The translations under genes were made by a program, and so were the position numbers. A stretch of 64,000 nucleotides of DNA from Patescibacteria group bacterium (GTDB lineage Bacteria > Patescibacteriota > Patescibacteriia > Magasanikbacterales > GWA2-37-8), in the NCBI GenBank assembly GCA_041649475.1, contig JBAZNA010000001.1, positions 611,308 through 675,307 on the forward strand. The letters are read 5' to 3'. Below, in pieces: positions 48,242-56,373 of the stretch. The notes below the pieces were generated by a model. The model saw nothing but the letters and a program-made list of their open reading frames with translations. It was not told the origin of the DNA and ran no database searches. Positions within the stretch are counted from its first letter, which is position 1; each line of letters starts with the position of its first letter.

Positions 48242-48937
48242 TTAATTAGTATTTTTGATTGGAAACAGCATTTTTCTAAACAGCGCTATGGTATCAGAAA
48301 AAATCATGGTTGTCAAAATGAAAAGCGACTTGACCATGGGCAAAACCCAGAGTGCGGCAAAGGTAAAAGCCGGGAATAAAAACAAAAAGACCGCCTCTCC
48401 GGGCGTCCATTTATGTTTGCGGTGATCTATCAGGTTTGAAATAAACAAATAACCGGCCGCGATTCCGGCCCAAATGCTGTCATGTATTTGACCAACGTAA
48501 AATCCGTAAAAATCAGTATTAATCTTGCCCGGAAATTCAATCCAGGGATATAAAAATTTAATAACCTTGTCGCCGGTAATACCCCGCAAGAACACCTGAT
48601 AAAGTAAAACTAAAACCAATAATTGAATCCCTATGGTGAGCGCTTTGGCCCAAGGCGACACCCGGTGTTTTTTCATTATATTTCTAATCACCTCTTTTTG
48701 CGCCACCTGATCATTTTTAAAAGATGCGGCCGCCTCGCGCGCTTCTTTTTCCATTGTTTGTTTTCTGATAACATCGCGTTCAGAAATAATGGTTAAAGGC
48801 AATAGTATGACGCGTAAAAAAATAGTGAGCCAGACCACGGCCCAACCCAAATTTTGATTGGCTATGTTTAAATAGATCCAAATCAGGGCGTTAAACAGCG
48901 GCTGATAAAGAAAAGTGATCCAAAAATAACTGAACAT
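48242..48937 (-). CDS. yidC: YidC/Oxa1 family membrane protein insertase (short form)
   Basis: 231 aa with about 5 TM helices. Conserved segment FLYQPLFN...GWAVVWLTIFLRVILLPLT resembles the YidC TM2 motif. Confidence 0.65.
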   Translation of the reverse strand: MFSYFWITFLYQPLFNALIWIYLNIANQNLGWAVVWLTIFLRVILLPLTIISERDVIRKQTMEKEAREAAASFKNDQVAQKEVIRNIMKKHRVSPWAKALTIGIQLLVLVLLYQVFLRGITGDKVIKFLYPWIEFPGKINTDFYGFYVGQIHDSIWAGIAAGYLFISNLIDHRKHKWTPGEAVFLFLFPAFTFAALWVLPMVKSLFILTTMIFSDTIALFRKMLFPIKNTN

Positions 48938-48980
48938 AACGCTATAATTCTACCATAAAACCGGGAATTTGGCAATCAAA

Positions 48981-49724
48981 TTATATATCCATTTCCAATC
49001 CGTCTAAAGCAGCCGTTGAATTAGGGAATATGCCTTTAGCCACCTGCTCGGCCTGTTTACGCAGACCTAATGTATTATAACCATTCGCGCCAAAATGAGT
49101 AAGAACTAATTTTTTAACATTGGCTTTTTGGGCGAGTTCGGCCGCCTCTTCCGGACCGGTATGACCCCAGGCATTATCCACCTTGTGTTTAAACGAACAT
49201 TCATGAATTAACAAATCGCAGTCCTGCGCCAGCAAAAAATCATTTTCACAGATGGCGGTGTCTGAACAATAACTGATAATTTTTTTATCTAAAAACAATC
49301 TGTAGCCCATGGTTGAATCAACATGTTTGAGCGCTCTTGAGATAAATTTTATTGGTTTTTGATGTTCACCTTCTTTTAACCCGATTAATTTTACGGAGTA
49401 CGGCAATTCTTTAAGCGGCATCATGTACGGATGATTCAATAAATTTTGTAAAAATTTCTCCATCTTTTTGGGAAATAAAATCGTCAGTCCCTGTTTGAAA
49501 TCAAACTTGGGCAGGGTGTGAAAACCGCAGGTATGGTCCAAATGCAGATGAGTTATAAAAACATAAATCGGTTTGTCACTTTTGATATATTTATCCAATT
49601 TCGCAAAACCAAAACCGGCGTCAAGCACGACATATGCCTCGGGCGCGTCAATTATGGCGCAAGGTGTATTGCCGGTACTGGTGTTGTCAAACCAACCGTT
49701 GGTGCCTAAAAAAGTAAGTTTCAT
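48981..49724 (-). CDS. MBL-fold metallo-hydrolase (RNase Z/ElaC-like short form candidate)
   Basis: HLHLDH metal-binding motif, plus downstream His/Asp ligands (DTAI..., HECSF, LTHF). Confidence 0.6.
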   Translation of the reverse strand: MKLTFLGTNGWFDNTSTGNTPCAIIDAPEAYVVLDAGFGFAKLDKYIKSDKPIYVFITHLHLDHTCGFHTLPKFDFKQGLTILFPKKMEKFLQNLLNHPYMMPLKELPYSVKLIGLKEGEHQKPIKFISRALKHVDSTMGYRLFLDKKIISYCSDTAICENDFLLAQDCDLLIHECSFKHKVDNAWGHTGPEEAAELAQKANVKKLVLTHFGANGYNTLGLRKQAEQVAKGIFPNSTAALDGLEMDI

Positions 49725-49742
49725 AAGAAGTTATTTGAAAAA

Positions 49743-50372
49743 TTATTTACCCACATTGGATAACTTTATCCATTTATTCGCCTGCAAATGCCAATCGGCA
49801 ACCTCAGCATCCTGTAGAGTTTCCCAAATTTTCTTGGCTGAATCAGTATATAATTTTTCATCATAAACTAGTTGGCGAAACTTTTCCATTTTCGCCGGCA
49901 ATTTAGAACCACGCTCCTCCAGTTCCTTAAGTTCCAAATCAACATCCAAATTATCAGCGTCTTTAACAATTTTTGCTTCAATGGTTTCCCGGGCTTCATA
50001 TTCTTTTAAAATCGTTTCATGCAAATCATTAAGCAAGGTGCCGCCAAATAAATCTTGTGCCGCTTTTTCTTCGTCGGCTTTGACGTATACTTTTTGCACA
50101 TAACCAAGATCAGAAGTTCTCGTTTCAACAATATCATGAACTAAAGCCATCTTTATAATTTTTTCTTCACTTTTTACCCCTTCCATTCGGGCAATCATAA
50201 GAGCGAGCCAGACCACTCTGATAGTATGCTCGAGCACGCTGGCACAATCCATGCCAAGATGCTGCCCCCAACCCCTTTGCATATTTCTTAGCGAGCCAAC
50301 CTCAAATAAAAAATCCAGATCTTTTTTATTCATAAACGAGGCGCTTATTTTTTTATCACCACGATTGTGCAA
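49743..50372 (-). CDS. HD-domain phosphohydrolase (YfbR-like 5'-deoxynucleotidase family)
   Basis: HD motif H...RV...ALVHDIVE and downstream conserved D residues. Confidence 0.7.
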   Translation of the reverse strand: MHNRGDKKISASFMNKKDLDFLFEVGSLRNMQRGWGQHLGMDCASVLEHTIRVVWLALMIARMEGVKSEEKIIKMALVHDIVETRTSDLGYVQKVYVKADEEKAAQDLFGGTLLNDLHETILKEYEARETIEAKIVKDADNLDVDLELKELEERGSKLPAKMEKFRQLVYDEKLYTDSAKKIWETLQDAEVADWHLQANKWIKLSNVGK

Positions 50373-50590
50373 TTGGCCAAAAGCGCGGCCAAAGCGCCGA
50401 CCGCGGCCAAAACCGGTAACAGCACCGTGCCCACCACGCCGATGGTTAAAGGAATTTCTATAACCGAATCCCCTTTGTCGTTTTTAATAATAATCTTTCG
50501 GGCATTGCCTTCGGCGATGATTTCTTTGATTTTTTTGACAATATCTTCGCCGGAAACCTTAAACTCCTCCTTTTGTTCATTTTGGTCCAT
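50345..50590 (-). CDS. DUF4342 domain protein
   Basis: 81 aa with the VSGEDIVKKIKEIIAEGNARKIIIKNDKGDSVIEIPLTIG pattern of DUF4342 plus a C-terminal hydrophobic helix. Confidence 0.5.
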   Translation of the reverse strand: MDQNEQKEEFKVSGEDIVKKIKEIIAEGNARKIIIKNDKGDSVIEIPLTIGVVGTVLLPVLAAVGALAALLANCTIVVIKK

Positions 50591-50613
50591 ACAGTTATTT
50601 GTTAGATGAATAT

Positions 50614-50853
50614 TTAATAATTATATCCTAAAAGGCGCTGCCTTTGCAAATAAAGCCGCTCAATTTCTTTGGCCAACAAATAATCTTTTTCAGTCACCTT
50701 ACCACCGGCATCATGCGTTTTGAGATCAAAAATAATTTTGTTGTAATAGATGTGAATATCCGGGTGGTGATTTATTTCATTACAGTATGGCGCCAGTTTA
50801 TTTACGAAACTGACGGCTTCTGAAAAATCTTTAAATTGATATTCTTTAGTCAT
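50614..50853 (-). CDS. Pterin-4a-carbinolamine dehydratase (PCD/DCoH) family protein
   Basis: Conserved HHPD motif (EINHHPDI) and surrounding PCD core. The start is probably the internal MTKEYQ; the ORF track extends it to 50979. Confidence 0.7.
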   Translation of the reverse strand: MTKEYQFKDFSEAVSFVNKLAPYCNEINHHPDIHIYYNKIIFDLKTHDAGGKVTEKDYLLAKEIERLYLQRQRLLGYNY

Positions 50854-51121
50854 CTTGGGAATCGTTAATCTCGTTTTCAAGCTGATCACTTCCAAGCCGA
50901 CTACTGCGTTCTGGCGTAGAGGTTGAAACATGTTCGTTTTCAGATGTTGAAGTGGAAACACGTTCTCTTTCACTGTCATCGCCTTTTGCAGTCACACTAT
51001 ATTTTGGGTGATTCGCAGTCCCCGGCAAAGGCGTGGCCACTTTGGCCAACGACAGAACCGGCAAAAGAACAGACGCGCCCGCTAAAAGCGAAGCTGATGC
51101 ATACTTTATAATATTTTTCAT
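50846..51121 (-). CDS. Small secreted Ser/Thr/Glu-rich protein, hypothetical
   Basis: Signal peptide, then a low-complexity acidic region. Confidence 0.35.
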   Translation of the reverse strand: MKNIIKYASASLLAGASVLLPVLSLAKVATPLPGTANHPKYSVTAKGDDSERERVSTSTSENEHVSTSTPERSSRLGSDQLENEINDSQDD

Positions 51122-51192
51122 AAAATTAGTAATTAAATATAAAAATCATACCTACTTAGTAGGTTATCAGAGCATAAAAATATTGTCCAGTC

Positions 51193-51957
51193 CTATCTAA
51201 AAAATACGAGGAGTAAAATTACGGCGCCCAGGAACAGCCGGTACCAGAAAAAAACCGCGTATCCGCGCTTCTCCAAAAATCTCAATAAATATTTAATGGC
51301 CAAAAAACCGCTGATGGCTGAAGCCAAGATTCCGATCAGAAGCGGCGCATTAAAATCCGACTCAAATAAATGCGGCAATTTCACCAGAGCCGCGCCGGCG
51401 ATTATTGGCGTGGAAAGCAAAAATGAAAATCGGGCCGCGCTGATTTTGTTTAATTTTCTGGCCAAACCGGCAGTGATAGTGGCGCCTGACCTTGAGATAC
51501 CGGGAATAATAGCCAAAGTTTGGGCCAAACCAATCCAGATGGCATCTTTTAAATTCACTTCTTTAATATCTTTGCCATCTTTTGATTTTTTATCAACGAA
51601 GTATAAAACAATACCGGCCAAAATTAAAGTGCAGGCAATAATAATCGGCGACCGAAAAACAGTTTCAGCTTTGCTTTCCAGCAAGACCCCAAAAATCGCG
51701 CCCGGAATCGTGCCAATAACTAGCCACAGTAACATGCCATTTTTCCAATTTTTGAAAATATCTAACCAGTCCCTCCAAAAAAATGCCAGCACAGCCAATA
51801 ACGTGCCGACATGCAAGGCCACATCAAAAGATAGACCCGGATCAGGCCAATTAAAAAAATATGGAATTAAGATGAGGTGCGCTGTGGATGAGATCGGCAA
51901 AAATTCGCCAATCCCCTGCACCAGACCCAAAATTAGGGCTTGAAAAATGGTTAACAT
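51193..51957 (-). CDS. uppP: Undecaprenyl-diphosphatase UppP (BacA)
   Basis: Signature GLVQGIGEFLPISSTAH and a PGISRSG.TI motif. Confidence 0.9.
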   Translation of the reverse strand: MLTIFQALILGLVQGIGEFLPISSTAHLILIPYFFNWPDPGLSFDVALHVGTLLAVLAFFWRDWLDIFKNWKNGMLLWLVIGTIPGAIFGVLLESKAETVFRSPIIIACTLILAGIVLYFVDKKSKDGKDIKEVNLKDAIWIGLAQTLAIIPGISRSGATITAGLARKLNKISAARFSFLLSTPIIAGAALVKLPHLFESDFNAPLLIGILASAISGFLAIKYLLRFLEKRGYAVFFWYRLFLGAVILLLVFFR

Positions 51958-52049
51958 AAGAAATATTATAGACCCTTTTTATGATTCTTGCAAAAATGAT
52001 ATTGTTGTGTTAGTTTTAAGGCAAACCTTTACGTAAATGGAGGGAAGTC

Positions 52050-52691
52050 ATGACCCAGCGAGAGATCCTGGATCTGTTCGCGTCTCTGGGCGCCATCATA
52101 ACGGGCACCCACGTGGTGTACAAGTCACATAAGCACGGCAGTACCTATGTCAACAAGGACGCCATCTACCCCCACACCAGGGCGATTTCCGTCCTCTGCC
52201 GGAGGATCGCCAATGACTGCGCCTTGACCAAAGCGGGCATTGAAGTGGTGGTCGGCCCAGCCATGGGAGGCATCATCCTGTCCCAGTGGGTGGCCCACCA
52301 CCTCTCTACATTCGGCACAGATGAGGTCCTAGCCGTCTACGCCGAGAAGAATGGGGATGACTTCATCATCAAACGCGGCCAGGACAAGCTGCTCAAGGAC
52401 AAACGGGTCGTGGTGGTGGAGGACGTCCTGACCACCGGCGGATCGGTGAAGAAGGTGGTCCAGGCCGTGCGCGACTGCGGCGGACACGTGGACTGCGTCT
52501 TCGCCCTCTGCAACCGCGGCGGCGTGACCGCCAGCATGATCGACGCGCCCATCCTCTGCTCCCTGGTCAATGTCACCATGGACGCCTTCGACCCGGCGGA
52601 CTGCCCGCTCTGCCGCGGCCACGTGCCGATCAACACCGAGGTCGGTCACGGGGCCGAGTTCCTGGTCGCGCATCCCGAGATGAAATTCTAA
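52050..52691 (+). CDS. pyrE: Type I phosphoribosyltransferase, orotate phosphoribosyltransferase-like (high-GC island)
   Basis: PRPP-binding motif VVVVEDVLTTGGS. 213 aa, about 62% GC, with a strong SD (GGAGGG) before the ATG. Confidence 0.7.
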   Translation: MTQREILDLFASLGAIITGTHVVYKSHKHGSTYVNKDAIYPHTRAISVLCRRIANDCALTKAGIEVVVGPAMGGIILSQWVAHHLSTFGTDEVLAVYAEKNGDDFIIKRGQDKLLKDKRVVVVEDVLTTGGSVKKVVQAVRDCGGHVDCVFALCNRGGVTASMIDAPILCSLVNVTMDAFDPADCPLCRGHVPINTEVGHGAEFLVAHPEMKF

Positions 52692-52726
52692 CCCTGACAG
52701 GACCACACAACTGGAAGGAGAAGGCC

Positions 52727-53446
52727 ATGTCCGATAGGTGCAATCCCGCCAACGAGGCGGTTAACCCGATCGTGGTCGCGCTCGACGGCAAAAGCTGGGA
52801 TGAGATCCTGACGCTCATTCTCCAGCTCCGGACCACGGGCTGTATCCTCAAGGTCAACGACCTGCTCTTTGCCGAGGGCATCAACAACCTCCTGCCGAAG
52901 CTCTCGGCCCACGGCCGCGTGATGGCCGACCTCAAGTGCCACGACATCCCCAACACGGTGGAAAACACCGTCAAGCGCTTGCGGGCCTGCCCGCCCTGGG
53001 CAGTGACCATCCACGCTTCGGCCGGCATGGAGGCGCTCGAGTCGGCCGTCAAGGTGCTGGAGGACACCCCCACGAAGGTGCTGGCCATCACCGTGCTCAC
53101 CTCCATCGATCCGGTGGCCTGCCAGGAGATCTACAACCGCAACCCCCTGGATCAGATCCTGAACCTGGCGAACATCGCCAAGGAGGCCGGCGTCCACGGC
53201 TTTGTTTGCTCGCCGGAGGAGGTCGGGCAACTCAAGAGGGTGTACCCGAAGATGACCTACGTCGTGCCGGGCATCCGTTCGCCCGGCATCAACCCTGGCG
53301 ACCAGAAGCGTATCTCTACGCCCAAGGCCGCGATGGAGGCCGGCGCCAACCACATCGTGATGGGGCGCCAGATCCTGAACGCGCCGAACCCGGTGGAGGA
53401 GGTTCGCCGGGTACTCAAGGAGGAACTGAACATCGAACTGAAGTAG
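52727..53446 (+). CDS. pyrF: Orotidine-5'-phosphate decarboxylase (high-GC island)
   Basis: OMPdecase motifs: IVVALD, K in ILKVND, DLKCHDIPNTV, VPGIR, and a GANHIVMGR phosphate-binding loop. Confidence 0.85.
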   Translation: MSDRCNPANEAVNPIVVALDGKSWDEILTLILQLRTTGCILKVNDLLFAEGINNLLPKLSAHGRVMADLKCHDIPNTVENTVKRLRACPPWAVTIHASAGMEALESAVKVLEDTPTKVLAITVLTSIDPVACQEIYNRNPLDQILNLANIAKEAGVHGFVCSPEEVGQLKRVYPKMTYVVPGIRSPGINPGDQKRISTPKAAMEAGANHIVMGRQILNAPNPVEEVRRVLKEELNIELK

Positions 53447-53449
53447 TGA

Positions 53450-53488
53450 CGGGGGCACTCTGCGCCATCGCGGAGCCGCCCCTTTTTT
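53450..53488. terminator. GC-rich hairpin plus T6 terminator at the 3' boundary of the high-GC pyrEF island (between convergent genes)
   Basis: GGGGGCACTCTGCGCC...GCGGAGCCGCCCC followed by TTTTTT. Confidence 0.55.
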
Positions 53489-53505
53489 AATTTATTATAA
53501 AAATC

Positions 53506-54618
53506 TTATTTCCAAAAAACAAAATCAGCCGCTTTGTCTTCCGGCTCAACAAACCTTATCACTTTAATCATTTGGTCGCTGGTGATGGTCCAATCAATAC
53601 CTTTGCCGGCCGGAAAAACTAAACGATAGGGATCACCGGCATCCGTAAGGCAGTTTGGGCAGACCACCCGGCTATCTGTCTTAAAATTAATTTTTTCATT
53701 GTCCGTTTCAACTTTTGTAAATTGGATGTCTTTCTGGAGCGGTTCAAGCAATTGCAGATGATAAATATATTTCTTACTGGACGGATCAAAACGTGAAGTA
53801 AAATCACCCGCTTTGTTGTAGCGATCCACAAAAGTAAGCGACTGCTGTGTATAAACGAGAGGCAAATCCCCGCCGATCGCGATATTCACATTCTCCGTCC
53901 GGTCACGCAATCTTACTTTACCAAAAAACGGATAAACCAAAAGCGTTGCTGAAACAATAAATAAAGAAATGAAATAAAAAAAATTGCGCCAAACCGTGCT
54001 GGTTTTAAAATAGACAAAAATATTGCCTAAAACATTTCTAATCGCAAGAGAAATGAAAATAAGCGGGGCGATGCTAAAAAATGTTGATATTACATAAAAA
54101 TTAAAACCATTAAGCCGAATTTCTTTTAAACCGCGAAAAATTCCCCAATCAAGGGGCGGAATAGGAACAAAATAAATGCCAAGGGCAAAAATTAAAAAAA
54201 TAATATTGGCCACCGGATGATATTTTTTACCAAACCACAGGAACAAAACAAACACCGCAAAAAGAATAATTGTCGGGAGGGATAATATGTTTAAAAAAAG
54301 AGGAATAGTGGACAAAACCAGTAAAACCGCAAACAGCCGGTTAAAAACCATCTCCAACGTGGTTAAAGCAAACTGACTTTGCTTTGGCACCGTTACCGGT
54401 GTGACCACTTCCGGACGCGACTTCATTCTTTTGGAAATCGGCGCAAATATAGCCCACACAATTCCGGCCACAAAAATAAAAACGCAGATAAAAAAGATGA
54501 TGGCGGCAATTCCTTCCAACCCATTACCAGGAAAAATTGTTTTATTGGCTAAAACAAAAAAATCCAATAATAATAAAATTATTGAACCGATGATGAGATG
54601 AGAGGGGTGAATTTTCAT
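53506..54618 (-). CDS. Polytopic membrane protein with C-terminal extracytoplasmic domain, hypothetical
   Basis: About 8 TM helices over 250 aa, then a soluble C-terminal domain of about 120 aa. Confidence 0.4.
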   Translation of the reverse strand: MKIHPSHLIIGSIILLLLDFFVLANKTIFPGNGLEGIAAIIFFICVFIFVAGIVWAIFAPISKRMKSRPEVVTPVTVPKQSQFALTTLEMVFNRLFAVLLVLSTIPLFLNILSLPTIILFAVFVLFLWFGKKYHPVANIIFLIFALGIYFVPIPPLDWGIFRGLKEIRLNGFNFYVISTFFSIAPLIFISLAIRNVLGNIFVYFKTSTVWRNFFYFISLFIVSATLLVYPFFGKVRLRDRTENVNIAIGGDLPLVYTQQSLTFVDRYNKAGDFTSRFDPSSKKYIYHLQLLEPLQKDIQFTKVETDNEKINFKTDSRVVCPNCLTDAGDPYRLVFPAGKGIDWTITSDQMIKVIRFVEPEDKAADFVFWK

Positions 54619-54624
54619 AGTTTC

Positions 54625-54990
54625 CTAAACTTTTTGCAAAACCACTGACCGAAATTTGCAATCCACAATGGCTTTATACCCAAACTTGGTCAATAAATTA
54701 ATACCAGCCAAAGGTGAACTTTCGGAAATTAACACTTCAACATATTTTGTTTCTCCCTCCATTGCCGCAACTGCCAGAGCAACCGGCACGTCAACCACAT
54801 CACCATTGGCAATCTGCGTCTTGGTAACACCAGCAACTTTCACACCGAGTTCTTCGGCTATTTGGGGCGTCACTTGCAAATCTCCGGTAAATCCAGTGTC
54901 CAAAATAACAAAAGGAACTTGCACTGATCGTACCCAAGCCACGACCACTTTAATCCATGGCGTATTTTCAACAAACCCTCCTTTTATCAT
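54625..54990 (-). CDS. Retropepsin-like (clan AA) aspartic protease
   Basis: Catalytic motif ILDTGFTGDL within a 121-aa protein. Confidence 0.6.
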   Translation of the reverse strand: MIKGGFVENTPWIKVVVAWVRSVQVPFVILDTGFTGDLQVTPQIAEELGVKVAGVTKTQIANGDVVDVPVALAVAAMEGETKYVEVLISESSPLAGINLLTKFGYKAIVDCKFRSVVLQKV

Positions 54991-54993
54991 AAA

Positions 54994-55269
54994 TTATTTA
55001 TGCTTAAATGATCTGACCGTTGTTTCAGCAGAATCAAAACCTATTTTAACAACATAAAATACTTTATCAGGGTGATGCTCTCGCGCCAATCTTAACGCCT
55101 CAGCACTGGTTTCGCCCAAATATACACCCTTACTATCAATGTCAATGGCCAAAAATTTTCCACGTTCTTGGGGATCATATTTTACCTTGATCTGTTCATA
55201 AATTTTTTCTCCCTCATCAGCAATTTTCTGGATATCGGCTTTGTTAATGAACTCTTCATCGTTACTCAT
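54994..55269 (-). CDS. Small hypothetical protein (DUF5678-like), partner of the retropepsin-like gene
   Basis: 91 aa. Separated from the protease gene by 3 nt, so probably co-transcribed. Confidence 0.35.
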   Translation of the reverse strand: MSNDEEFINKADIQKIADEGEKIYEQIKVKYDPQERGKFLAIDIDSKGVYLGETSAEALRLAREHHPDKVFYVVKIGFDSAETTVRSFKHK

Positions 55270-55407
55270 AGATAGCTAGTTAAAAGGAAAATTATATAAT
55301 CAGTATATCATAAAGATTAAAAAAATGAATAATTTTATAATACTCCTAACGACCTTAGGAAAAGATAAATTTAGAGTAAAATTTTGATAAAAAGACCCCT
55401 GTTGGAT

Positions 55408-55493
55408 GCGGAAGGGGCGAGATTCGAACTCGCGATGGCTTGCGCCAAACCGCCTTTCCAGGGCGGCGCCATAGACCAACTAGGCGACCCTTC
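55408..55493 (-). tRNA. tRNA-Ser (anticodon GGA), class II with long variable arm; CCA not encoded
   Basis: Manual cloverleaf folding gives a 7-bp acceptor stem GGAAGGG/CCCTTCC. The D-loop carries GG. The 5-bp anticodon stem has loop CU-GGA-AA. The 15-nt variable arm has a 4-bp stem. The T-arm is GCGAG-TTCGAAT-CTCGC. Coordinates are ±2 nt. Confidence 0.9.
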
Positions 55494-55501
55494 CAGTTTG
55501 C

Positions 55502-56296
55502 CTAAACTTCGTAAGTAGCTGAAGTTTTCCGCTTAATCTTATGCCAAAACAAAGCCAAAGTCAACCCGATCACAACCGCAATCATCCCCCACTGCGCCGG
55601 AGTCAAATAAAAATACCGGACATCAGCGCCGGGCAAATCGCTGGCACGCAAAAAATCCAGAAAAAATCGCACCACCGCATAACCCAAAAAAGACAAACCA
55701 GCCGCCAAGCCCCAACGAATTTTTACCAATTTCTTAAACAGCACAAAGAAGATGATAAAAAGTCCAAATCCAAGTATAGAATCCATGAGTCCCAGATCAA
55801 ATCTGGCTCCGCCCGGATAATTCACAGCCAAAAAGAAATTTGTCAGCTTTCCCGGATGATCATTTATCATATAACAACCAATCCGGCCAATTCCCCACCC
55901 CAGCCACAAACTCACGGCCGCCACATCAAAATACGGCAGAAGTTCGCGCCAGGAAAATTTTTTTATTTTTGCAAAAATCCAAACTGCCATTAAGGCGCCC
56001 ACAAACCCGCCCAAAGAAGACGCTCCGCCATTCCAAAATTTTATAATCTCCGCCGGATGCAAAACATAATAATACGGCTCATAAAAAACTACATGAAAAA
56101 CGCGCGCCATAATAAACGCGCCAATCACTGCCCAAGTAGCCAAATCCAGCATCACCACTTCGGAAAGTATATACTTTTGCGACAACTTATACGCCAAAAT
56201 AATGGCCGCCACCAAACCCAAAGACACCCATAGTCCCCACACTTGTATAGGGACCGGGCCTAAATCAATTGTGCTGAAATGAAAATACGGAAGCAT
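55502..56296 (-). CDS. lgt: Prolipoprotein diacylglyceryl transferase
   Basis: Polytopic membrane protein with the Lgt signature region (GGASSLGGF.G...GRIGCY.N.). Confidence 0.85.
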   Translation of the reverse strand: MLPYFHFSTIDLGPVPIQVWGLWVSLGLVAAIILAYKLSQKYILSEVVMLDLATWAVIGAFIMARVFHVVFYEPYYYVLHPAEIIKFWNGGASSLGGFVGALMAVWIFAKIKKFSWRELLPYFDVAAVSLWLGWGIGRIGCYMINDHPGKLTNFFLAVNYPGGARFDLGLMDSILGFGLFIIFFVLFKKLVKIRWGLAAGLSFLGYAVVRFFLDFLRASDLPGADVRYFYLTPAQWGMIAVVIGLTLALFWHKIKRKTSATYEV

Positions 56297-56317
56297 TTTA
56301 TTTACGATGTGAGTGAG

Positions 56318-56345
56318 AGAAGAGCAAATGTTTTTGCTCTTCTGA
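56318..56345 (-). terminator. Hairpin AGAAGAGCAAA-TGTT-TTTGCTCTTCT downstream of the LOG gene
   Basis: 11-bp perfect stem located 30 nt after the stop codon. Confidence 0.5.
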
Positions 56346-56373
56346 ACGAACGAGTAAATATATCCCGCAGGGT

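Noticed and set aside
52329-53490. Many long ORFs on other frames and strands across the pyrEF region, for example 52329-52706(-), 52630-53106(-), 52688-53458(-) and 52936-53490(+)
   Set aside because: They are a by-product of about 62% GC, which leaves few stop codons. Their products are Arg/Gly/Ala/Pro-rich and low in complexity. The sense-strand PyrE and PyrF have clear catalytic motifs and RBSs.
51958-55407. Mobile-element machinery (integrase, transposase, IS inverted repeats) flanking the high-GC islands and the tRNA
   Set aside because: No ORF in the window shows integrase, transposase or recombinase motifs, and no terminal inverted repeats were seen. The islands are reported only as compositional anomalies.
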